Part shown: in pieces, positions 9,948-18,587 of the stretch
Numbering within the stretch: the first letter of the stretch is position 1
Layout: each line of letters begins with the position of its first letter
Source of the DNA: Prasinococcaceae sp. CCMP 1430
Lineage: Eukaryota > Plantae > Prasinodermophyta
Length of the DNA: 20,435 nt
Assembly (NCBI GenBank): GCA_013416795.1
Contig: RQSC01000017.1
Span: 145,827-166,261 of the forward strand
Direction: 5' to 3'
Notes under the pieces: generated by a model
The model's database searches: none
Seen by the model: only the letters and a program-made list of their open reading frames with translations
Told to the model about the DNA's origin: nothing
Made by a program: the position numbers and the translations under genes

Positions 9948-11378
9948 ATGGCGCCGGCGATTGTCGAGGCCGCCCTGGCGTTCGCGGGCTTGGAGATGGG
10001 CGACGTGCACGTGTACGTTGAGGTGCTTCTGGTGGTGCTCATCGTCTACCTGCTCGCGCAGCGCAGTTACGGCAAGGGCAGCCGCGCACAAAAACTCAGC
10101 GCGAAGGAGATGGACGCGCTCGTCGCCGAGTGGGAGCCCGAGCCGCTCGTCTCTGCTGAGGACGAGGAACGCGACGCGGACCTGCCGCACGAGCCCGTGC
10201 TGAGCGAATTCGAGGGCGTGCGCTGCGTGGCCGACGGCAAGCAGTGCACCAACTTTGCGGCGTTCAACTTCCTGGGCCTCGGTGGCGACGAGCGATCCGT
10301 CGAGGTGAGCAAGGAAACGGTCGACAAGTACGGCGTCGGGTCGTGCGGCCCGCGCGGATTCTACGGCACGATCGACGTGCACATCGATCTGGAGACGCGC
10401 CTGCGCGACTTCTCTGGAGCCGAGGAGGCCATCCTGTACGCGTACGATATGGCTGCGCCCGCATCCGTCATCCCGACATTCGCGAAGAAGGGCGACCTGC
10501 TCGTGTGCGACGAGCAGGTGAACTGGGCGCTGCAGAACGGCGCTGTGCTCAGCCGCTCCGAGGTGCACTACTACAAGCACAACGACATGGCCGACCTGGA
10601 GGCCCTGCTTGCCAAGCTAAACGCGCGCGACAAGGGCAAGCCCATCAATCGCCGCTTCATCTGCTGCGAGGGCATCTACGCCAAGACCGGCAAGATGGTG
10701 CCGCTCGACAGGGTCGTCGAGCTCAAGCGCAAGTACAAGTTCCGCTGCATTCTTGACGACTCAAACTCGCTGGGAGTGCTGGGCCACAAGGGGCGCGGCA
10801 CCGCCGAACACTTCGGCATCCCCATCACCGACATTGACATCGTCAACGTCAACCTTGGCAACGCGCTGGGGTCGATAGGCGCCATGGTGCTCGGCAGCCA
10901 CAAGGTCATCGACCACCAGCGGCTCAACGGGGCGGGCTACGTGTTTTCGGCATCGCTGCCGCCATTCTTGGCGTCTGCGGCGATCGCGGCGATTGAAAGG
11001 CTGGACGAAGAGCCGCAGCTGGTCGAGAGGCTACAGCTTAACATCACCGACTTCCTCGCCGCGCTCAGTGCCGAGGCGGGCGGCTCGATCGCCGTCGAGA
11101 GCTGCGAACAGTCGGCCATCGTCGTGATGCGCCTCGCCGCCGCCGACGGCAGCGACCTCGCAGGAGAGGAGGCCGCCGTGCGCCGTGCGGCGGAGCTCTG
11201 TCTGGAACAGGGTGTGCTCGTCACCACATGGCGCGGAACCAAGCTCGATCGCATGCCCACGCGACCCGCGCTGCGCGCTTGCGTCAGCGCCGCGCACTCG
11301 CCGCAGCAGGTCAAGTCAGCAGCGCGCGCCATCGCCTCCGCGTACACGCGGGCCGCCCGGGAGGTGAGCCTGTTTTAA
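9948..11378 (+). CDS. LCB1: Serine palmitoyltransferase subunit 1 (LCB1/SPTLC1), 476 aa, intronless
   Basis: gcgATG 9948. N-terminal TM HVYVEVLLVVLIVYLLAQRSY, NFAAFNFLGL, YGVGSCGPRGFYGTIDVH, YYKHNDMADLE, GYVFSASLPP. The PLP-lysine position is occupied by Asn (VNLGNALGSIG), diagnostic of LCB1 rather than LCB2. Stop TAA 11376-11378. Confidence 0.96.
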   Translation: MAPAIVEAALAFAGLEMGDVHVYVEVLLVVLIVYLLAQRSYGKGSRAQKLSAKEMDALVAEWEPEPLVSAEDEERDADLPHEPVLSEFEGVRCVADGKQCTNFAAFNFLGLGGDERSVEVSKETVDKYGVGSCGPRGFYGTIDVHIDLETRLRDFSGAEEAILYAYDMAAPASVIPTFAKKGDLLVCDEQVNWALQNGAVLSRSEVHYYKHNDMADLEALLAKLNARDKGKPINRRFICCEGIYAKTGKMVPLDRVVELKRKYKFRCILDDSNSLGVLGHKGRGTAEHFGIPITDIDIVNVNLGNALGSIGAMVLGSHKVIDHQRLNGAGYVFSASLPPFLASAAIAAIERLDEEPQLVERLQLNITDFLAALSAEAGGSIAVESCEQSAIVVMRLAAADGSDLAGEEAAVRRAAELCLEQGVLVTTWRGTKLDRMPTRPALRACVSAAHSPQQVKSAARAIASAYTRAAREVSLF

Positions 11379-11515
11379 TACCCCGCATGTTTCATTTCGT
11401 CGGCCCCGGGGGCAGGCCCCCCGCTGTGCTGCGGCACAGGCGCCCGCTCGGCCCACCCCCCTCTTTGCCGCGTGCCCCAGTGCCCCAGCAGCGCGCGCGC
11501 CGCGGTCGTGGCACT

Positions 11516-11537
11516 TAGGGTTTCCGTAGAAACCCTA
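11516..11537. promoter_or_regulatory. Inverted telo-box pair TAGGGTTTC-CGTA-GAAACCCTA (9-bp perfect stem)
   Basis: Read directly. AAACCCTA is the plant telo-box/telomere-repeat motif. It lies ~415 nt upstream of the BAF-like ATG. Confidence 0.7.
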
Positions 11538-11952
11538 TCGACGCTGCGCTGGCATCCGGGTCTGGCTCGGGATCCTTCCCCCGGTTGCCTTTTTTCCAGT
11601 TCAGCATCCGACCGTTCCGCGCGCGCGCTGGCTGTTTGATCACAGCTCTGAATTTGATTGCGTTTGATGTGCGGCGCGTCAGGCGGAAGCTCGCGCGCGC
11701 CACAACGCGACGCGCGCGCGGAGCAGGCCCCGCCGTACGGGAAGGTGCGAGGGCGCAAGGGGGGAGGAGGGGGGCTGCAGGGAATGTGAAGCGTGGGGAC
11801 TGAGCGGGGACGCCGCGCCGCGCCGCGCCGTGCGACGCCGCGCCGCTCGCGACGCGTGACGCGCTGACGCCGCGCGCGGGGCGCAAAAACGCACGGAACG
11901 TGCGCGAACACGTGCGCGCGCGCTGCAACCAGGAGCACCCGCTTTCGCAGGC

Positions 11953-12556
11953 ATGCCGATCGACTCAGAGAACATCAACGCGCTGGTAGAGGCCTTCGGC
12001 CCCGCACCCGACTCGACCTCGTTCGATGACATCGTGGACTCGCGCCTGGGCGAGCGCCCGGTGACGGACGTGTACGGCATCGGCCCCGCCTCGGCGGCAA
12101 GCCTGGAGAAGAACGGCATTACGAAGGCGTGGCAGCTCCTGGGCCCGGTGCTGTACATGCCGAAGGACGATATTAAGGCTTTTCTCACGGATAAGGAGAC
12201 CGCTGGCGTGGCGCCAGGCAAGGTCCGCGAGTGCGTGCTGTCGCTGATCATGAACTTCAAGAAGTACGTGCTGCTGCGCGAGTGGCGCGCGGCCGTCGTC
12301 TCTGCCTCGCGCCAAAGCTACACAGCTTGCACCGCCGCGCGCGCTGACGGCTCCGACGCCCGCTGATTTCTTTGTCTACCGCGCCACACGCACTACAGGC
12401 ACAACGTACGTACGCCCCCCACCCACCCAGACACACACACACTCGTCCCCGTGCCCCTCTCCGCTCACTTCTGCGCCTGTCCCCTTCGCCTGCGCGCGCA
12501 CTGACACGCGCACTCACCCACGCGCGCGCCGCCGCTCGCGCCTGCAGGCCGACTAG
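11953..12556 (+). CDS. Barrier-to-autointegration factor (BAF/BANF)-like protein. Preferred model: exons 11953-12263, 12399-12405, 12548-12556 (108 aa, ending NFKKHNAD*). Unspliced alternative ends at TGA 12366 (137 aa)
   Basis: LGERPVTDVYGIGPASAASLEKNGITKAWQLLG...TAG...RECVLSL aligns by eye with human BAF [33 protein letters not shown]...TCG...RDCFGCL, including the HhH GIG motif. Two GTACGT donors (12264, 12406), acceptors ctacAG (12397-98) and ctgcAG (12546-47), CTGA[CT] branch-like motifs, and TGTAA at 12599-12603, 43 nt after the spliced stop. Confidence 0.78.
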
Positions 12557-12743
12557 AGAGAAGGCAGCGCCCGCGCGGTTGCCTCGAGGACGCACCCATG
12601 TAAGACAGAACACCACACGCCGCGCACAAGAGCTGTCCTCGCTCCGGCCCTGCCACGCTTGTGCGGTGCCTGCACATGCACTGTGCATATCATGCGCTGC
12701 TCGGGCGCGAAACGCCGGGGGGCACTGTCGCGGCTCTTGTGCG

Positions 12744-12782
12744 TAAACCCTATCTGTGGTATTTAGGGTTGGGTTAGGGTAG
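12744..12782. repeat. Interstitial telomere-like cluster: TAAACCCTA...TTTAGGG-TTGGG-TTAGGG-TAGG
   Basis: AAACCCTA at 12745-12752 and oppositely oriented degenerate TTTAGGG/TTAGGG units at 12762-12782. Confidence 0.7.
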
Positions 12783-13608
12783 GCGTGCACGCGGTGATGT
12801 CCAGGGTTGCGCGCGCTGAGGTAGGGGAGGGGGGCGGGCGGGGAGGGGTGGAGACGCACGTGTGCGCGCGCGCGTGTGGAGGTGTGGGGCGAGGGTGTCG
12901 GGCACTTGGCGCTCAAGCTCGCTAGCGCGCGCCACAGCGCGCGCGCGCAGGCGCGCGCGGGCGCGCGCGCGCTTGGGCCCACGACGCGGCGCTCGCGCGC
13001 GCGTTCCGCGCGCCCGACGTGTGGCAGTGCGGGCGCGCGCCACCTCACTCCTTTCGCGCGTCCGAGCCTCGCCTGCGCCGGCCGGCCAGCACCCCGCACC
13101 CGCGGCGCACCCGCGCACCCCCCCTGTCTGTCTCTCGACCTCCCCCGCACAACACTCTCTGTCCCCGTGCGCCCGTACGCACGTTCCTGGCTCTGGGGGA
13201 ACCGCCGGCCGACCGATCCGGATCGGATCGGCCGCCGATCCGCCGCGCCGCGCCGCCGAGCCGCCCCCGGAACCCTTCGGGGCGGCCCACATCCGAACGG
13301 GGGGCGCGGCGCGCGCGCGCGTTCGAAAAAAAAAACAGGAGTGGAAAATGGGATGGGAAAAACTCAGGGAAAAAAAGGCGAGGGGTGGCTGGGGCCCATC
13401 CATGCGTGTTTTCATCATCACGCAGCATCATTGCGTCAGAGGCGCAGACGACGAAGGCGGTCTGGTCTGTGATGAGGGAAGAAAAAAAAAAAAAGTAGGG
13501 CCCGCGCGCGCCCGCGCGGCGCAGCGGCGCGAACATCCCATCGAGCGCGAGCGCGGGGGGAGGGGACGCAAAACAAACGTACACTGTAACAACAAATTTA
13601 CAAACGCC

Positions 13609-13609
<1 letters not shown>

Positions 13610-13668
<59 letters not shown>

Positions 13669-13696
13669 CGCGCGCGCGTGCGTGTGTGTGTGTGTT

Positions 13697-13728
<32 letters not shown>

Positions 13729-13842
13729 AGCGCGTGCGCAGGCATATCCGCATTCGCACGCTCGCGCGCACGTTCCCGCGCACACGTGCACGTGTTCATA
13801 CGCGCGGACACGCGCGTGCGTGTGCATGCACACCACGCGCGC

Positions 13843-13890
<48 letters not shown>

Positions 13891-14008
13891 GTACGCGACC
13901 ACGCACCCTTCTTTCCCCCTCCTACCATCCGCAGGTCCCACAGCCGCACCGCGCCATCCGTCGCGCCCGTCGCCACCAGCCGCGGCAGGGGGAAGCCGGA
14001 CTCTTCCG

Positions 14009-14048
<40 letters not shown>

Positions 14049-14512
14049 GTTTGCGTTTGCGTGTGTGTGCATTTGTTTGTGTTAGTGTGCGTGTGTGTGT
14101 ATACGCGCACGCAGACGCACGGGTGAGCAAGTAGGCGCTCTCGGACGTGCATGCATCCATTCATGCAGACACGCACACACACACACACACGCACACACAC
14201 ACACGCACACACAAACACACACACACACGCACGCAGTACATTCGCGCACGCAGGCACGCACCTCGTCGACCACCGCCGCCACGCCGCGCACGCGCGAGGC
14301 GTGCGCGCGCGGCACGCGCAGCGCGGGCGCGGCGGAGCGCGCGTCCACGGCGCCGAGGAAGCCGCCCTGCGCGTGCGCATGCACACACACACAATTGTGT
14401 GTGTTTGTTTGTGTGTGTGTGCGCGTTGTTTGTAACGAATCGCGTGGGCACATGTATAAGCATACGTCAGCGTGCGAGCACCGGCACGTGTGTGCGCACT
14501 CACACACACACG

Positions 14513-14569
<57 letters not shown>

Positions 14570-15056
14570 ACACACACACACACACACACACACGCATACA
14601 CGGACGCACCTCTCCCCCCACGAGGCACACGTCCCCCCCCGAGCACTCCGCGAGGTCCGCGCAGAGCAGCCGCGCGCAGTCCGCCGACAGGTCGGCGCTG
14701 GCCAGCGGCGCCTCGCCGCGCTCGACGGCGTGGAAGTGCGCCGCGGCGCCCGCCACGCCCGCGTAGCCCTCGCAGTCCGAGGTGAAGCGCAAAAAGGACG
14801 GGGCGCACGCGTACGAGGAGAGCTTGCCCTGAAAGAGGCGCGCGTGTGCGTGCGTGTGTGTGTGTGTGATCGTGTGTGTGTGCGTGTGTGTGTGCGCGTG
14901 CGTGCGTGTGTGTGTGTGTATGTGTGTGTGTGTGTATGTGTGTGTGCGTGTGGTCGCGTGTGTGTGTGCGAGCGTGCGTGTGTGAGCGTGTGTGTGTGTG
15001 TGTGAGCGTGAGTGTGCGAGCGTGTGTGCGAGCGCGTGCGTGTATGTGTGTGTTTA

Positions 15057-15115
<59 letters not shown>

Positions 15116-15373
15116 GCATGTTAGACGATGCATGCAGGTGCGCGTGCGAGCTCGCGTGCGGCGGTTACACACACGCACGCGCGCACCTTGTACGCCGGCT
15201 TGCCCAGCGCCATGTTCCACAGCGCGATGCCCCTGTCGTCCGCGGCGGAGAGCGCCATCTGCCCCGTGGGGTGCACGCACACCGCCGCCACGCCCGCGCC
15301 GGGCGCGTGGCCCTTGGAGAGCTCCGCGAGGCGCTCGAAGCCCTGCGAAGGGCGTGTGTACGTGCGTGTGTGC

Positions 15374-15419
<46 letters not shown>

Positions 15420-15530
15420 GTATGTGTGCGTGTGTGTAAGTTTTCGCAAGCACACACGCGCGCGTGTGTACGTGTGTGTGTTAGTGTGCGCGAGTGCACA
15501 TCCGCACCCATGCGCGGGCGCACGCGCATA

Positions 15531-15565
<35 letters not shown>

Positions 15566-15740
15566 TACAAACACACACACGCACTACAAACACACACACG
15601 CACGCACACGCACCTTCGACGCCGACCACGTCGCCAGCGTGCCGTCGGAGGAGCCCGTCACCAGGTAGTCCGCAGCCGCGGTGCGGCCGCCGCCGCGGCC
15701 GTGGAAGGCGAGGCACGTCACAGTGCCTGCGGTCGAGCAG

Positions 15741-15821
<81 letters not shown>

Positions 15822-15926
15822 CGTGTCAGCACGTGAGTGCGCGAGTGGACATGCACAGCCACACGCAGGCGCCAGGACGTGCAGAGGCAAACACACACAC
15901 ACACACACAAACGCACGCACACGCAC

Positions 15927-15965
<39 letters not shown>

Positions 15966-16200
15966 CACACACGCGTGTGCACACGCACCGTCGTGGTGCA
16001 CGAGCGTCCCCTTGTCCCTCCTGGTGCGCAGGTCGAAGACGCGCACCGCGTCGTCGGCGCCGCCCGTCGCGCAGAGGCGCCCCTGCGCCGCGCAGCAGCG
16101 CACCGAGGCGGCGTGGCCGGGCGTCGAGAAGGACGCGCGGAGGCGCGAGGCGTCTGCGCGCGCGCGTGTGTGTGTGTGTTGTGTGTGTGTTGTGTGTGTG

Positions 16201-16236
<36 letters not shown>

Positions 16237-16722
16237 GTGTGTTGTGCGTGTGTGTGCGTGTGTGTGTGTGCGTCAGTCCAAGTATTTGTGTGCGCGTGCG
16301 TACGTGCATGCAAGCGTACGCGTGCGTATTCGCATGAGGGCGCAGGCGCGTGTGTGTGTGTGTGTGCGTGTGTGTGTGCGTGTGTGTGCCTGTGTGTGTG
16401 TGTGTGTGTGTTTGCCCGCGTTTCGCACGCGCTCACGCACGCACCGTCCTCGGCGTCGGCGTCGACGTCGTACGCGAACACGAAGCGCTCGTACGAGCCC
16501 GCGACCACCGCGGCGGCCGCGCCGGAGGGCATCGCGTCGCGCGCGCGGCTGTGTGCGCGTGCGCCCGCGCGTGCGTGTGTACGCCCGCGCGTGTACGCGC
16601 ACGCGCGTGCGTGTACGCGCGCGCGCGTGTGCACTCGCTCGCCAACACGAGCGCACGCGCACGTGTGGCGCGCCTGGACGACTCACGCACACACGCACAC
16701 GCACACGCACACACACACACAC

Positions 16723-16820
<98 letters not shown>

Positions 16821-17400
16821 CTCACACCCCTCGCCACCCGCGTCGCTGACGCACGCGGCTCCGCCTCCAAGGTGGTGGCCCACATGATGCCCGACCTGCC
16901 CAACGTGGGCATCGAGCGCGACCTGGCGTCCTTCCGCGAGTTCTTCGAGGACCCCAAGTGGCGCGCCGACGGCCTCAAGCTGTACCCGACGCTCGTCATC
17001 CGCGGCACGGGCCTCTACGAGCTCTGGCGCGCCGGCGAGTACCGCAACTACGCGCCCGAGGTGCTGGTGGACCTCGTGGCGCGCATCCTCGCGCTCGTGC
17101 CGCCGTGGACGCGCGTCTACCGCGTGCAGCGAGACATCCCCATGCCGCTCGTCACCAGCGGCGTCGAGAAGGTGCGGCGCGCGCGAGGCGCGCGCGCCGC
17201 TCGCGGGCGTGTGACGCGTGCGCGTGACGCGTGCGCACGAATGTGTGTGTGTGTGTGTGTGTGTGTTTGATGCTTGGCATGTCTGATGTTTGATGTGCTC
17301 GATGTGTGTGTGTGTGTATGTGTGTGTGTGTGTGTGTGTGTGCGCGTGTGTGTGTGTGTGTGTGTGTGTCTGTGTGCGTGTGTGTGTGTGTGTGTGGTTG
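13610..17400. repeat. Dense (TG)n/(CA)n and (CG)n microsatellite field, confined to introns and the MAK11-ELP3 spacer
   Basis: Many long dinucleotide runs, e.g. 13611-13665, 14011-14046, 14514-14594, 15059-15113, 15743-15818, 16685-16820, 17241-17395. The exons between them are repeat-free. Confidence 0.97.
13907..16532 (-). CDS. PAK1IP1: MAK11/PAK1IP1 WD40 60S ribosome-biogenesis factor. Exons (minus) 16532-16445, 16153-15989, 15726-15614, 15342-15187, 14828-14610, 14366-14262, 14009-13907; final exon not identified
   Basis: Manual splicing gives an open ~316-aa frame with consistent phases (1,1,0,0,0,0). All donors are GTGCG[TC] and all acceptors CAG. Family motifs: [111 protein letters not shown]. 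Confidence 0.88.
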
Positions 17401-18250
17401 CGCGCGTGCGTGTTTGTGACGCGTGTGTGTGCACATGTCTTTGGCGTGCTTTGTGCCTCCGCGCTATCGCCTCCTCGTGCCCGCACCCGCGCTGACGCGT
17501 CGACGCGCGCGCGCGCCGCGCCCTTCCAAGGGCAACCTCCGCGAGCTCGCGCTGCAGCGCCTGCGCGCGCTGGGCCTCGCCTGCCGCGACGTGCGCACCC
17601 GCGAGGCGGGCATCGTCGGCATACACGACAGGGCCGTCCCCCACCGCGTGGAGCTCGTGCGCCGCGACTACTGGGCCAACGGCGGCTGGGAGACCTTCCT
17701 CGCGTACGAGGACGCCGACCAGGACATCCTCATCGGCCTGCTCAGGCTGCGGCGCCTCGCGCGCGCCCCGAAGGCGGGCGGCGGTGAGGGAGGCGCTGTG
17801 GGGGCGCCTGCCGAGGGGGGCAGTGAGGGAGGCGGCGGCGCGCGCCGGCGCGTCGTGCGAGCGGGCGGGGGGTTCGGGGTGGACGGCGGCTCTGCGGGCG
17901 GCGCGGTGCCCCGCGGCTCGGCGCCGCAGCCGCCGAGCGCCAGCCTGCGCGGGCGCTGCTCGATGGTGCGCGAGCTGCACGTGTACGGCGCCGCGGTGGG
18001 CGTTGGGGGGCGCGACGAGGAGGCCCAGCAGCACCGCGGCTACGGCGCGCTGCTCATGGAGGAGGCCGAGCGCATCGCGCGCGAGGAGCACCGCTCGAAC
18101 CGCATGGCCGTCATCTCGGGGGTGGGCACGCGTGGCTACTACCGACGCCTCGGCTACGAGCTCTGCGCAGAGGGCTCTGGGTACATGCTCAAGGAGCTCG
18201 AGCCCCTCACGGACGATCGCGCGGCCGGCTGGGGCGCCTGGGGGCTGTAG
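16872..18250 (+). CDS. ELP3: Elongator catalytic subunit ELP3 (end of radical-SAM domain plus KAT domain), 5' partial; exons 16872-17171 and 17531-18250
   Basis: Near-identity to eukaryotic ELP3: [62 protein letters not shown]|[71 protein letters not shown]. Intron 17172-17530 is phase 0 with a CTGAC branch motif near 17492. The first visible exon is preceded by a branch motif (gctgac ~16845) and an AG acceptor at 16870-71. Confidence 0.93.
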
Positions 18251-18587
18251 AGAGTCCCAAGGCGGCGCACGAGGGCAGGGACGCACAGACGCACACGCAC
18301 GCGCACGCACACGCGCACAAACACACACACACATGTACACGTACACATGCGCGCACACACGCACGCACCGAGAGCCCACGCACGCGAGGCGCGGCAGCCA
18401 CGGCCTCTCTCACGCGAGGCAGGGTGCGCGTGCCCTTGTACCATAACAACAATTTACTGGTGCCGGCTCAGTCCGACGCCGATGTATCACATAATATTCA
18501 GTGTGCCCGGGTGTTCCGGCAGCAGGCGCGCGAGCACCGCGCGCGCGGCCACGAAGGTACACTCTAGCACGTTCACGACGAGCCCAC

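Noticed and set aside
9363-10580. ORFs spanning the N gap, and the GTG/upstream-extended 618-aa LCB1 ORF
   Set aside because: They are open only because N codons are not stops. The LCB1 start is best placed at ATG 9948.
11900-11950. Possible short 5' UTR intron before the BAF-like ATG (GTGCGC at 11900 or 11912; ttcgcAG at 11949-50)
   Set aside because: It would be only 39-51 nt with no clear branch motif. It cannot be supported without cDNA.
13321-13335. GTTCGA followed by an A-tract as a tRNA B-box or Pol III unit
   Set aside because: No A-box or cloverleaf can be drawn, and the T-tract orientation does not fit a terminator after the hairpins.
13363-13475. Possible C/D snoRNA (GTGATGA boxes on both strands, CTGA ~55 nt downstream on minus)
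   Set aside because: No terminal stem and no rRNA-complementary guide that I can recognise. A snoscan/Infernal search would be required.
13907-16444. MAK11 introns as introner/MITE elements (shared GTGCG[TC] starts, rough terminal complementarity, AG|G junctions)
   Set aside because: Beyond dinucleotide repeats the introns share no recognisable unique sequence, and AG|G is the ordinary proto-splice context. A genome-wide all-vs-all intron comparison would be needed to revive this.
13610-17530. Regularly alternating repeat and unique blocks resembling a CRISPR or cassette array
   Set aside because: The repeats are low-complexity and variable, and the unique blocks are in-phase exons of known eukaryotic genes with GT-AG boundaries.
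12862-18452. Many long ORFs encoding THTHTH (His-rich) or CVCVCV (Cys-rich) proteins
   Set aside because: They are translations of (CA)n/(TG)n microsatellites, which contain no stop codons. The real coding parts are the MAK11 and ELP3 exons embedded in them.
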